From contig CDLV01000006.1 of NCBI GenBank assembly GCA_001244265.2, positions 310,001 through 374,000 on the forward strand: a DNA stretch of 64,000 nucleotides. The letters are read 5' to 3'. Below are positions 38,444 to 51,800 of this stretch, piece by piece. Numbering within the stretch: position 1 is the first letter of the stretch; each line of letters begins with the position of its first letter. The notes beneath the pieces are model-generated. The model worked only from the letters and a program-made list of their open reading frames with translations, was not told where the DNA came from and searched no databases. Origin of the DNA: Microbotryum violaceum. Its lineage: Eukaryota. The position numbers and the translations under genes were made by a program.

Positions 38444-40160
38444 CTAGGAGCATGCGGTGGTGCCGGCCAAGGTACATGTGGTCGAGTTCGGGAATGTCTT
38501 CGAGTAAAGGACGCAGCCCGAACCAGTTGCGTTGACGTACGATCCAGTGGTACACGTGACGCTTACACATTGATTCACGTTGCCGATCTTGGAAATGGCC
38601 CCATACGAGCAAGCGGTCGCGCCAGCCGAGGTACAGGCCGTCGAATTCTTGAAGGTCGTGGAGCAAAGTTGACATACCGAGTTTGGGTTGAGGTGGTAGT
38701 ATCCGGTCGTGCACCTTGTGGCAACAGTATCAGGGCAGACTCCACTGCCAAAAAAAAAGTATGCTGGAACGGTCAGGATCGTGCTAGAAATGGAGGAGCA
38801 AGGGGTCTGTCATGGGTCTTGAGAGACTCGGCGGATCGGACTGACCATGCAGCGTCACACCCGCTGGTGCCCGAGCAGTTCAGCCACTTTGTGCCATCTT
38901 TCGAAAGAGTCATTTCGGTGGGACAAGTGAGGGCTTTGCACTGACCAGGCTGTCCGGTCGAAGTAATCGTTGAAACTCCGTATGAGCTGAATGGTTGAAC
39001 GAGTAAAAACATCAGTCAGCGGGTCAGTAGTGTGTTTTCCTCGGCTGACTGACCAAGTGACATCGCCGGTACCGAAAGAGCATGACGTCGAGTTGACATA
39101 GCCTTGTGAGCATAGTAGACAGGTGTTTGTAGGAGTGTTGAGGTATTCAGTCGTTTTGCAAGTGGGGACGATGCAGTTGACGACCGCGCCGGGCCCGGGA
39201 TTGGCGATCCTTCGGAACGAATTTGCCGAGAAGCTACCCGTGCGATCCACGTAAAACGTGAACAAGCCAAGAGTGGTTCGATTCGTGATGTTAACCGCGT
39301 ATTGGAACAGGGTGTTGTCAGCGACCTGTGAAGCGGATGGAACAATGTCATAATCAGATCTCGTCCGGCTAAAACCTAATCCTCGGCAACGTTCGGAGCG
39401 ACCTACCGAGATATTTGGGATCGTCAACACGGTCGCATTGAGAGCCTTGACGGCTGCCAAAGTTGTCGTCCCGGTCATAAGAGCAGAAGAACTTTTTTCC
39501 CTGACCACCCAGAGTGCCGTCAAATTGCGCGTCGGCAGGACCGACGGGCTTGAGCCTGAAAACGTCAAGTTGGCCATCTCTCATTGCCGCAGCGCCGACG
39601 GAACTGTCGATAGGTACCACATGGTTTGAAAGAAGGTTGTCAGCAGCGATAGCATCGGGTTTATCTGGAGTTGCAGACATCTGTGCAGCGGCGGTCCGAT
39701 GCTGGACTGGCGCCCGTCTCAGCTCGGTGGTTGCAGTCAGGCACGCGCGCGAGTCGTACGGCGAGTCCACCCGCCAGGGACCACGTGATGTGATTGAGTG
39801 CAACTCGCAGCGACGCTGGAACAGATGCGCAGAGAACGACACCGGGACGTACTGGCTACCTTGAAGTTAGACAATGTACTGGGTCAGGAAGCCCAGAGCG
39901 CCTCCGCAGTGCGCCCGTTGTGAAACCCATTCTAGTCTTCGTAGCTTAGACTTTGACCTTCTCTTGCATTGAATCTCATCTCATCTCATATCCTCCCTTC
40001 CGTTGAGTATCGTGTGCAGTGCCGTCAGAACCTCCTGCTCCAGTACCAAGGACGATTTTCGAGCCTGCGCGTACTTGCAATGCTTCAGGAGCTGGGCTGG
40101 AGGCGCCGACGGCGGGGATCGCAAGTAAAAGCGAGAGCACGCCGGCCCAAGCGAGGCTGG
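38444..40160 (-). pseudogene. Cys-rich repeat secreted-type protein, apparently disabled
   Basis: Repeats such as CLLCSQGYVNSTSC, CQLCSTTFKNSTAC and CVLYSKTFPNSTTC with many N-x-S/T sites. Signal-like LAWAGVLSLLLAIPAVGA has no in-frame ATG; in-frame TGA at 39581-39583. Confidence 0.55.
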
Positions 40161-41670
40161 CATGGCCAGAGAGCCCCGAGGGCCGCGGCGAGGGGCTCCC
40201 GTTGCCTGCGCGCGAGAGCGGCTGGACGTGGTAGTGGCGGCCTGGTACCGGGCTACAGCAGCGCGCGATGCTGCGTATACCATCGCTTCCAGAGGCTCAT
40301 TCGAGTGAGAGCGAACGAGGGAAGAATGCAAGTCAAAGGTCGAAGACAGAAGGAAATGGCCTTTATTCAGAGGTGCGACCGCAGACTCCGCAGTGATCGG
40401 CCACTTGGACTCAATTTCGAGACAAGTCTCCGATCCCTGTCGGACGACAAGGTCAGGTTAGGTCAGGAACCGGACGAGCTTTAGGACGTCAAATCCTTCA
40501 GCATCCAATCAATCGGTAGTATAGATTCTCCGTCTCGTCCGAGCCAAATACAACAACTCCAAACACTGGTCCTGGATATCCATGCGATTGTACTACCTAG
40601 CAGTCCGCACGTCCGCACCCTCCTGCAGCGTCCGAGGCCACCCATTTTTGAATGACGGACGAGTGCCGAATTTGTCAATTGTGTGCACACCAATTCACAG
40701 CTTGCACCGATGGTTCGGATTATTTGAGACTGGAAGAAGAAGACAATCGTGATGCCCACATGGTAAGAGAGTTGATTGAGCATCGTAGTGGGGAGTGTCA
40801 AATAATCACAAATGCCTCCGCGCGCGGGTGCTCGCAAAGCCGGAAACGGACAGTTCAAGCTCTCAGCTCTCAGTCGAAGGTGGCGAACCATTCGATCGGG
40901 GCCCGGCAGAGACATACCTCCTGATCACCGGCACACCTATCTCTTTGAATCGCTTGGCCACTTCAGTTACCCTAGTGCCGTGAGGCTCGCCCGAGCACTT
41001 GAAGGCACTGCGCAAAGAAACACAGGGGCCCTCCGTTGCTTAGACGGATGCCAGGGACTTGAGTGAATCGAATATGCTCTGCGTACTTGTTGAGGGTCAA
41101 AGCGAGCATGGGAATCCAGATCTGAGCTCTTCGGGTGTATATCTCCCTTGGCCCCGCACTGACTGTGGCTGCGAGGTGGATCACGCTGTGAGTAACTTCA
41201 GGCCCCTGGGGCCGATGATCCTCCGCGGAATAGTGCGCGAGACACGTAATCTCAAGTGATGTTTAGCCATCGCTTGAAGATCCAGTGCTACAGGGTGAAT
41301 CTGTGAGATTGATGGACCTTCTGAACCTGCAAACTACTCGCACTGACCAAGCTCACTGCACAAGCTGGGTCGAGGGCAATATCCATCATGTTGGTACAAG
41401 TTTGTACCAGGCCCGATTGGATACAACACAAATGAGCCTTGAAAAGGGGGATTCAACTCGTACACTGTCCAAGCTACTGTATTTCTGGCGCCGAAGGCAG
41501 ATGCCTGGTCCGAGCGCGGCTTATGGCAGGAATGACTTGCGACGGAATAACAGGGAATGACGAGCGCGCGCCGAATGGATTGATTGCACCGGCTGGCGCT
41601 TGCGCTGCTCTCAGCTTCGCCCCACACACCACACACCACATACCACCTGATTAATCGACCAAACCGAATC

Positions 41671-43948
41671 ATGTCGTCGCCCATTTTCCACCAGCCCACG
41701 CCTCCCGCGTTCAAGGACCTGTACGCTACCTGCGCTGCCCAGAGTTGTATTCCTTCACCGCTGACGTTCCTTCTCTTCCGTCCCCTCCTCGCTGCTGTTC
41801 GCTGCTCCCGATCTCTCCCACTTCCTGTTCTCCCGCGCCCACGCGCTCGCCCCCCTTGCGCCCTGCGCTGCCCGCCGTGCCCGCCTGTGCATCCGCCGCT
41901 GGCTGTCGCGTCCATTTGGTTGGCAATTGGCGACGCTTGAACGGGCACGTTTGCGCAGTGGCAAATCCGCCTCGGACTTGCTGATCAAGGACCTGCCTCT
42001 GCACGGCAATGCGATCGAGGTCAAGGTGAGCTGTCGTGTGCATCGGTTGTCGTGTCTCGCTCGTTTTCTGTACCGCTGGTCGCCGGCGCCGCGGCCAAAT
42101 CTGGGTCCACGCTCCTCCATGGGCGGCGCTACGTCGGGTTGTGCACCCCGGGCACCACCCTCTCACCCTGGTTGCAAATCGCCGACCACTGAGCGAGACG
42201 GGTCTTCAACGGGTGTGTGCCTTGCACCGCTTTCGCACGATGGGGCCTTGCCTTTTCCTCCCGGAAACACTGCTTCGGTCCGGTCCTGGCTTGATGCCTT
42301 CTTCTTAGGTCTTTCGAAAGATCGTCAAGGCACTGGTCTTGCAGCTCTTGTGTGCGACTTTGTCTGCCACGCGCCCACATGCTTGGCCGGCATGAGCTCT
42401 CCGCTCGCGGGGAGTGGCTGCGGTTGGGCGATCCTTGCATTGGCTCCGCCCCGACTCTCCCCGACCGTTTGCTGCTTGCGGCCTCTACACGACGACCGCA
42501 ACCGACCCCGAACGCAGCTGCGGAAGCGTGAACTTTCTTACAACCTTGCACCATGTTCTGCGGCCGAAGCTTGCGTTGTGCCTCGGCCGAGCTCATAGCG
42601 CTGTTGGGACCGTGGAAGGGCGACCGGGCGACTCCCACGCCCCCACGTGGCGCGCTCCCGCACAACCGTCTCGAACGCATGCTGATCGATTCTCCCTTGA
42701 CGTTCACTCTCCATCCCAGACCCGAGCGCCTAACAACGTCGACTTCAAGGTCGCCGGTGTGCGCGATGCCAAATCCAACCTCATTGTCGGTGACCTCGAG
42801 GGCAAGTATTCGGACCCCAAGAACGGCGTCACCTTCACCCAGACCTGGACCACGTCCAACATCCTCAAGACCCAGGTCGAGTTGGAGAACCAGATTGCAA
42901 AGGGTGCGTACTACAAGCATACTTTTTGCTGGTCAGGGCAGCATGCGACCGGATCGGGCTGATTCACTTCGTGACCGACGATATGTGTCTTCGATCTCAT
43001 ATTTGCAGGCTTCAAGCTCGACATGCAGGCCCACCTCTCGCCCGCGACCCGGGCCAAGTCGGCCTTCGTGACGGCCATCTACAAGCAGCCGTCGTTGCAT
43101 ACCCGCGCTCTCCTTGACGTGTTCAAGGGCCCCACCTTCACTGCCGATGCCGTGCGTCCCTCTTTGCCTCAGCGCTCCTGTTGGACTAGGCCGAGACAGA
43201 TGTCCTGATGTGTTCTCCATTGTAGACCGTCGGCCGAGATGGTTTCCTCTTCGGTGCCGAGTCGACCTACTCGGTCCCTTCGGGCTCGATCACGCGCTAC
43301 GCGCTTGCCGCCGGTTACGCCGCCCCGTCGTACACCGTCACTGTACACGGCCTGGCCAACTTGTCGGTCTTCTCCGCATCGTACTACCACAAGGTCAACA
43401 AGGATGTCGAGGTTGCCGCCAAGGCTATCTGGGACTCCAAGTGTGCTGCCACGCCCGGATTCGAGTTCGGTTCCAAGGTCTACCTCGACGTGAGTTGTCG
43501 CAGAAATGACGCGCGTGAATCGAGTTGCTTACGATATCTGACGTCTAATGTACCTTTCAGAACACGGCCTTCGTCAAGGTCAAGGTAAGCACTCGTTTGC
43601 CCATCCGCTGTTAGTTCGGCGCTGAACTTGTGCCTCCATCTCACCACCATAGGCCAACAATGTCGGCGTTGTTGCTTTCGGTTACACCCAAGCGATCCGA
43701 CCCGGTGTCAAGGCCACCGTCGGCTTGGCCATCGACACCACCCAGCTCGTCAGTCTATGCCCTCGCTTACGCTACACTGCCCAGGCACACTGATGTGCTT
43801 TTCACACCCAATCCTACAGGAGGCCGCTGGCGCAGCTCACAAGATCGGCACCTCGCTCGTCTTCGAGGCTGTAAGTCGATGACCGAGGCGAATGTGAGAC
43901 ATCTGCGCACCTTACTGACAGGAGGACCTTGTCATCTGTGTGCAGTAA
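41671..43948 (+). CDS. POR1: Mitochondrial outer membrane porin (VDAC)
   Basis: PPAFKDL-GKSASDLLIKD, GDLEGKY, FTQTWTTSN, LDVFKGPT, SASYYHKVN and HKIGTSLVFEA. The stop TAA (43946-43948) appears to follow a final intron. Confidence 0.95.
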
Positions 43949-44829
43949 AATATGATCGAGTAGTATCTTCGCGCTTCCCAACAGCTGGCCCATACAAATC
44001 ACAAACCGAACTCGATTTATCAAGTTCCCTCGCTCTCTCCTCCCAAAGCTCCTAACCCAGTTTCATCGGTCTCCTGCAAATACCTCGTTGTCTGAGCGCT
44101 CTCTTTGACTGCCTAATTTGTCTGTTGGGCTTTTCTTGCAATGTCTGGCCGCAGATTCCGGACTCTTTGGGACCTCATGTCGGAGTCAAAGTGTACCTAG
44201 AGGAGAACAAGGTCTTGCAGAGCTGCCACAAGCCAAGAGCATGCAGCTTTTCTTACTGACTACCTAGTACCTAGGTCATTTCTTTGGGAGGACTGTCTGG
44301 AATCTGGCTCTTGCTCGGAGCTCTGCCAAGCAGTTTCGATTATTCTGGAGCAAACAGATCGGTACCCAGATAGACCGACGATTGACTAAAGGTAGATAGG
44401 AATGACAACATACCGTTGGTCATTCTTAGAGATGCAAACCCTAAGCGTCGGTACCAACATACCTACTTGAAAAGAAGCGGTGAAAGATTATCTCGACTTT
44501 GATCTAAATCCCGGTTGGATCACTCGGCCCAACATGCGCCTTATGCGCTCGCAACCAGCAACTTCCGCAATGTGAAGGTACCACCGCTTCACTTAACGCT
44601 TCTGCCATGTTCTTTTCGTCATGAGGACTCCGGCCGTTCCGACTGCCGAAATTCGATGTATACCGCGGTTAAGGTCCAGATGGCATAAATTTTCGCTTTC
44701 GTCTTATCGCCCAAAAGCATTTCGCGCGGAGCTTGTTGGCATGATCAGTGAGGAACGATTGAAGCCTCCTCCCGATTCAAGACCCGACGACTTCGTGTGG
44801 ATTCTAGAGAGCCGATGAACGCGTGTATC

Positions 44830-46168
44830 TCCAATTTACGCCCTTTTTTTGGAGTCGTCCAATCCAGAATAGTACTTTTTGAGCCTAGAAATTCGTTGTG
44901 TCAGGTCAGTTCACTTTTTCGTCGTGACTTTCAAAAAGTAATTAACCTAATTTCGGCAGGTGTCGCGCGTGGCTCCAGGCATCAAGAGGGCCTTCCTTGC
45001 TTTACTGGTGGGCTCGCTACATCGTTGTCAGACTTAAGTTTTCCCGAACTTGAGCTCTTTGTATCCGCGGTGGCAATTGTGCGGCTTGTAGAGATTCTAC
45101 CGGCGGCATCATCTCGCGGCCCGGGCACGCTCCGAAGGGCGGCAATCTTTGCTCGGCACGTGCGCACGTGCTGATTATGCGCTCGTCGGGGTAACATGAG
45201 GTAATATCCTTGTGGGACAATATGTAATCGTTGGCGGGCCTAATGACTCGATGACCTGTCGACCATCAATCATGCGGAACAATCATGCGGAACAATCATG
45301 CGGAACAATCATGCGGAACGGCATAGTACCATCAATGTGAGTGAAATAGCATGCTTTTTTGATGAAGCGAAGCTCCTATGGACAGCGGTTCTTCTCCATA
45401 AGCAATTTGATCGCAGCTGCATGCCACACGAGGTCAAAGCAAATCAGAGATCCGATCTCCAATGGTGTGGCAGTGGTTACAACTCCGTCTAGCGATCCAA
45501 AATGACGAGAGCGTTGTGCTAGCGCTCCGTACTGCTTGTCAACGCGACGGCCAAAGGTCGATATCCTGATCAGAGCATCGGTGGCGAGAAACACGTCTCT
45601 GGTCTGGAGAGTTGGGTAGGGTAGGTATACGTAGGTCGATTACTGGGTGGGCTTGTCTTTGGACAACTCGGTGCGAAGAGACGCATCGGCGGGAGCGACA
45701 TGATACACCGAAGGCGAGCTCGGCGATCGCCATGTTGGTAAGCGGCGATTGTCGATCGAAGTCATCGTCTGTTCAAATAGAAGTCCTGGTCTTCGTCGAG
45801 AAATAAGCATGGGATCATGTTGTCGTGCTATGCTTCAATGTCAGAACGGAACCGGCGCCGCTTCAATCACAGTGGGAACTATTGGTATCTAATCCCTAGC
45901 AGCCACTGCACTAATAAAAAGATCACAAAAAATGACTAGTGACCTGTACAAGCGCCGCGAGCATTGCGACGCGCGTCTCGAAGTGAAGGCGAACGGGCCC
46001 AAAGTCATGCCGTAGGCTGCTCAGGGCAGGCCAAAATTGCGTCGACCCAAGGGGAAAATGTCAAAATCTGCAAAGGCGACTCGGGGACAAAACGTGTGCT
46101 TCGTCCCAAAATGTCAATTTTTTGCAATGCGCCTCGATGATTTTCGGGATTTTGGGTCCTCAAAATGT

Positions 46169-46200
<32 letters not shown>

Positions 46201-46228
46201 CGCCTCCGGCTGGGCTTTCTGGGGTCCT
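44830..46228 (-). mobile_element. Deleted derivative of the Ulp1 TIR element, copy B
   Basis: Reverse complement aligns by eye to 16364-~17059, then jumps to ~18684-19400. A30 run at 46170-46199; CCAAAAAAAGGGCGT subterminal motif near 44836-44852. Confidence 0.88.
45268..45319. repeat. 4 x 13-bp tandem repeat AATCATGCGGAAC
   Basis: Four exact units; present once in copies A and C. Confidence 0.95.
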
Positions 46229-46230
46229 GG

Positions 46231-48168
46231 TGAAACACACGTTTCGCCATCGAGGCGCATTTGCAGATTTTGACATTTTCCCGTGAGTCGGCCCAATTTT
46301 GGCCTACCCTGAGCAGCCTACGGCATGACTTTGGGCCCGATTGCCCTCGCTTCGAGACGCGTTTCGCGATGCTTGCGCTTGAGCAAGCCACTTAGTACTA
46401 GCCATCTTTGGTAATCACTTGAGTTAAGTGGCTGTAAGGGATTAGGCCGATTAGATATTGAAAGGGCGCGGGTTCCGTTCCGCTTCACTTCGGTCCGAGA
46501 TTGGAGCATAGCACGACAACATCATCCCATGCAGGCCTATATTTGAACGATGCCTTCGATTGATTATCGCCGCTCACCAACATGAACATGATGATCGCCG
46601 AGCTCCTCGCCTTTCAATGTCGCTTCCGCCGACGCGTCTCTTCACATCGAGTTGCCCAAAGACAAGCACACCCAGTACTCGACCTTGTCATCTACTCGAG
46701 GCCGTTGAGAAGGCAAACAGCTTCTCACGACCAATCGTGCGTCTACCAAGCTCAACTATCGAAATTTTAGTCTAAGCTCGCGCGTGTTCGGTTCTACACA
46801 GCCCACACACTTGAAACTTCAACTGCGCCTCAAGTTGTCGATGCTCGTGATACCCATTTCTCGCTGAACTGGCCAACCTGATTGCCCATCAAGCTGCTCA
46901 TAAGTGTAGCCACCTCAAGCTGTTCTACTCAAGGGAGGCCGGTGGAATCGAGCGACCCAACTCGCGGAGAGGCAGGCGTAGGGATTAGCAATACAAAGGA
47001 AGGACGCAGTATAGCACATTCATGCGTCTTGAAAGGATTGGTACAGTCCATGGGACCATCTCGCTGCGAAGACATGACGGGCACGACAAGGAGCTTTTGC
47101 TGGACTGGAGGTGACCAGATGACCCGAGCACTCACAACACACGAGGATTCAGACGAATGTCTATACTGAGGATGGCCGCATTCAAGTGAGTTGGCGCTGA
47201 ATTTAGGAGCGAAGGCAACTGGATCTAATGTTTGGAGAAACAAGCAGACGGAGCGCTAGCACAACGCTATCCTCATTTTGGATCGCTTGACGGCGGAGCT
47301 GTAACCACTACCACAACATCGGAGCTCGGATCTCTGGTCTGCTTTGGCCTCAAGCGTGGCATGCATTCACTCAGCTGCGATCAAACCGCCTACGGAGAAG
47401 AAGCGCTATCTATTGGAATTGGTACGATGCCTTGAATGGCAGTTGAGCTATGACGTTCTCACTTGACACGGGTCTTGTCTGCTACAGTGCGATACATATA
47501 CAGCAAAGTGACAACAGCGCGCTTGCGTCGTTGTTTGTACTTTCAAATATCGTCGTACAGGAGCTTCGCCTCATCAAGAAAGCTTGCTCTTCCATTCACC
47601 TCATTGATGGCACTATGCCGTTCCGCATGATTGATGGTCGACAGGTCATCGAGGCATTAGGCCCGCCAAAGATCACATATAGTTCAACCATGGACCTGAC
47701 CTCACTTTACCCCGACGAGCGCATAATCAGCACGAGCGCAAATGCCGAGCAAAGATCTGCCCCCCTTCGGAGCGTGCCCGGCCTGCGAGATGCCGCCGGC
47801 AGAACCTCTACAAGCCGCAAATGCCACGGCGGATACAAAAAGCTCAAGTTCAGCAAACCACTTCGGACAATGAAGTAGCGAGCCTGCCAGCCAAGCAAGG
47901 AAGGCTTGTTTGATGCCTGGAGCCACGCGCGACACCAGCCGAAGCGACGCGCGCCGCAAGCCACTTTCGATTGGCTGCCGCGCGCCCGCAAACGCTCGGA
48001 ACGCGTTTTAGAGGACTTTTACGCGTTTTTTGGAGCATGTAGAACACATTTTGATAATATTCCGAGGCGCATGTGAAATTTTGACATTCTGGGGCCAAAA
48101 TAGGGCAAAAAACTTTGACAAAAAGGCCAAAAAGGGCGTTTTTCCACATGCGCCTCTGGCTGGGCTTC
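46231..48168 (+). mobile_element. Deleted derivative of the Ulp1 TIR element, copy C
   Basis: Aligns to ~16472-16960, then ~18104-19568. Ends GCGCCTCTGGCTGGGCTTC, the inverted form of the family terminus. Confidence 0.9.
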
Positions 48169-49540
48169 AGGACCCATGAAAGCCCAGCCAGAGGCGCGTA
48201 GGTAAAATCCGGGAAAATCGCCGATTTTGGACCTCATTTGTCCACCATTTTTTGGAATTTTCGCCCAAAAAAGTCCCCAAAATGTCCAGTCCATCTACGC
48301 GCCTCAAAAAATAGCTCTAGATTCGCTTCAAATGTTCTAAAACATCTTCAAAAATCACGAAAACGCCGTCCGGACGTTTTTCGCTCGGGCCGAATCGCCG
48401 GAGCCCGCGCGCGCTCTTCAGCCGTGTCGGTTCTGCTTCGCCGAGGGCTCCCCACCTGCACTTACTGCCTGCCTCTTTGCCTATGATTTAACGTGGCCAT
48501 AGTATACATGTAACGAACCACGAGAGGTAAGATCGATTGCAGTCACTCTGCGAAGCAGTAAGCTAGCTACAGTGATATCTACGAACCCCCAGGTTCATTG
48601 AGGGGGTAATTGCTCCTCAATGAGCAGTGACGGCATCACCTCCAGAGCTCTAACGAAGGGACGTTGATCTTCGATGCCGACACGCGAATAACTACACCAA
48701 CTCTTGGCTACTGAGAACAACTGAACGCATGCGCTCAGCGTGATCTATATGCCGCCAGATTCAACGTCGAAAGGCAGCCGATAATGATAGACTGGTGGCC
48801 TTGCCTACGTGCCGCAAGGATTGCTCCACGATCTTCAACTTGTCCCTCAAAGCATCGAGCGGCTTAGCAAGGGATTCAAACTCGAGAGGCTCGTCTGTCG
48901 ACCATGAAAGCTGTTTAAGCTGAATCCGGGTGCATTGGCTGGTTTGTCAAAGCTGGAGGCGAAAAGCTCAGACACCCTCACGTCCAAGAGGGGTGCCATT
49001 CGCTCAAAATCATCGTCTGAAAGAGATCGATATCCGGACCTCTACGTTTCGTCAAAGCAAGCCGTGCCGAGAATGTAGGATATTGGCGATGATGGCACAG
49101 ACGACGTCGACGCGACGTGGCGGGGAAGGCAAGAGACGCGCGCACTCGAACGTTCGAACGCCTCGTTCAACCAGCAAAGAGGTCATTTTTCATGAAAACG
49201 GACGGTTAAAAGCAAGTTGATCAGAACAATTGTAGATTTGTAAGAATAAATGCTGGAAGTGCAAAATAACCATCAATTAGAGCCGTTGTTGTGAATTCGG
49301 TACAGCCCGGAATGTTTCGCGCGCGCTCCCGCGGCTCTTGAGCGTCGGCAAACTTTGGCTTTCCAAGCCGAACGTGGCCGAAATGGGTCCCGATTTGTCC
49401 ACTGAAACCTACGAGCCTAGGACCCCACCCACACCGGCGCACCATGATTGTCCACCCCGACTACGCGCCTTGGCGATTTTGGCCCATCTGAGGCCCAAAA
49501 TTTGTCCAGTCGGGCGCTACGCGCCTCAGGCCGGGCTTTC
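48169..49540. mobile_element. Non-coding ~1.4-kb element with the same TIR family, copy D
   Basis: Left end AGGACCCATGAAAGCCCAGCCAGAGGCGCGTAG; right end CTACGCGCCTCAGGCCGGGCTTTC. Repeated TGTCCA..CTACGCGCC motifs near both ends. Confidence 0.65.
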
Positions 49541-49929
49541 GGTAAGCTCGACTAAGCCCTCCCTCTGGGAGGGGCTTACGAGTTATCGGCGCGCTTAGCC
49601 CAGTTGCCCTCCGAAATTTCAGGGCCATTTTGGGGTGGTTCTCTGTAACTTGGCAAGTACGCGCATTCATGCAAAAGTGAGGGATCCTATTTTTCTTTGT
49701 GCTCTAAAATTGACATACCCCAAGTGGTGAGATTTTTCATAAGCTGTGGGTGGAGCTACAACGATCCGAAGTCTGCGATTTCGGTCGATCGGGCCTCAGA
49801 TGGTCCGAGCGCATCTTGTAATTGGCGCTCGAATCATCGGCGAGCCTGCTCCGTTCGGCTTGATCCCCTTGCGTACGCTTCGCTGTTCTCCTCTTTTCAC
49901 GAGGATCGTCGGCCACGTCAAGCGCGACA

Positions 49930-50838
49930 ATATCTGAAACCAAGAATGACGCGAACAAGCAGATGCCATACCTCATCAACTTGCCAGAACAACCGCCGCG
50001 AGGCGGATCCGTATTCGCTGAATTTTGTAGCCGCGATCTCTCGCTATGTCAATACCTGTCGTGGTATTTCAGCCCATCCACACGATTTGAAGGCGTTAAA
50101 ACACACCTACCAAAGCTGTTCAACAGCAACAGGTCCAGCCTTAAGCCTGTACTTGATCTCATTCTACGACTTGCACGCGAGGATGGCGCAGAGTCAAGAA
50201 CTTGAAGCCGACTCAATCAATGACTGGATCGCCGAGCAGGTGGACAACACTTCGTACTTCTCGGAGTGATTTACCGGATCCAATAAAGCTACTGAATACT
50301 TGCCTTATTCGCCTGCAGGCCGACTCAATCATCATTAACGAGATGAAGCGTGAGTGTTTCTGACCCTAGCTCGGCTGGGTATCGCAGCGAACTGACACCA
50401 AAAATCAACACGCTGGCCGCAGCTTTACCGCAGTGTCATGGGTCAGATCGCATTCGCTTGCAACCGAAGAAACAACTCCATGCAGCATCGCAACGGTCTC
50501 GTGACTCTCGCATGTGGAGCGAACGACAGACTGACAACATTTCTGTACGATTGCGGCTTGACGACATCTCGCTTGGCGACTCTCCAGGCAGCTGCGAGCT
50601 TGACGAAGGCGAATTGAAGGAGAGTGGCTCGAACAAGTACTTCCATGTTACAGTTGACAACGTTGAAGTCACACATCACGTCAACGATCAGCAATTGGAT
50701 CGACGAACCGAGCTGCTTCATGGAACTTTTGGTTACGCCCACATTCAGAACGGAGATATTGCCGGCGCTTACAACCTTCGAGCCTACTCTGCACATCAAG
50801 CATCTTTACCGCGAGTAATCTCCAGCATCTTCTCCTAA
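49930..50838 (+). pseudogene. N-terminal fragment of a DUF6589-like putative transposase
   Basis: FHVTVDNVEVTHHVNDQQLDRRTELLHGTFGY resembles the DN..x..Q......GT pattern recalled for DUF6589 proteins; truncated. Confidence 0.4.
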
Positions 50839-50859
50839 CTCCCCAATCCGACTCGTCAT

Positions 50860-51800
50860 TTACAACTGGGCTCAAAGTTCAGATATATCGAGCGCTTGCT
50901 CGACTGGTTCCTCCTCTTGGCCTCAGTCTTCGCGGTCCTCGATGCACACCACCCCCTGTCCTCGTCATAGACGGGCAACTTGACGCGCTCTCGAAAGGAC
51001 TCGTTAGAGATCAACTTTGCCCAATCTGGATTGTTGATATGCATTTCAAGAGACTCCACACGCAGCAAACAAGAAGGCAAATCAACACATGTGTGCTTCA
51101 CTCAAACAGGAGGTCAACCGGCACATACGATCAGAATGAAGGAGATCGTGGGATTGGGGTCGTCCAACTGCCTGTACAGCTCGCCGTCTCTCCAGGTCTC
51201 CTCAGATACCAAAACCACTTTCTTTCCCTTTCGATTGAAATTGGCAGCTTGAAAGAAGCAGGTGACTGCGGAAGTCAGCACGGATGTCGGTCCAGCAAGC
51301 CCAGTCGACAGAAAAACTCACCGGATGATTGCTCAGTGCATATAGTGGACTGACAACAATGCTGACGGCCCGGCGTCCATAAATGAGATACAATGCTTCG
51401 AAAATAACACTTTTGCCTAAACTTGTTGGCGCTGTGACAAACACAGCGTCATATCGATCCCGGTTCCCAAATTGGTCGAGTTTAGAAAGTACAGCAATGA
51501 CCTCGATCTGCACGGGCCGGGGGTACGTCCTCCGAGTCGTCAAGACTTTCGCCCAGAATAACTTTGACCTTCGTGCGTCATTCGCTGGAATCTCGTCGGT
51601 CCTCCTGAGTCAAACGTGGCCTTCAGTGACCGAGAACGAGCCGGCCGGCAGGAAGGTCGGTTGTCGGATTGGTTGAATGACTCGGTGCTGGGGTCGTAGG
51701 ACTGGCCCTTGAAGCTGATCGCAAGGGAGGCGCCCTGAACTCAATTGATGGATGTCGACCGGGCGGTCTCCTAACCGGCCTGGGTGTTTGTACCGACATG
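50860..51800 (-). pseudogene. N-terminal fragment of a RecQ-like DEAD/H helicase
   Basis: PRPVQIE (Q motif), AVFVTAPTSLGKS (Walker A-like), IVVSPLYAL (motif Ia) and FRERVKLPVYDE (truncated Walker B). Confidence 0.75.

Noticed and set aside
45268-45319. Short tandem repeats (also 52338-52397) as CRISPR arrays
   Set aside because: No unique spacers and a eukaryotic context.
16364-48168. RIP-like hypermutation between repeat copies
   Set aside because: Differences by eye include transversions and indels; a C-to-T context bias cannot be claimed without an alignment.
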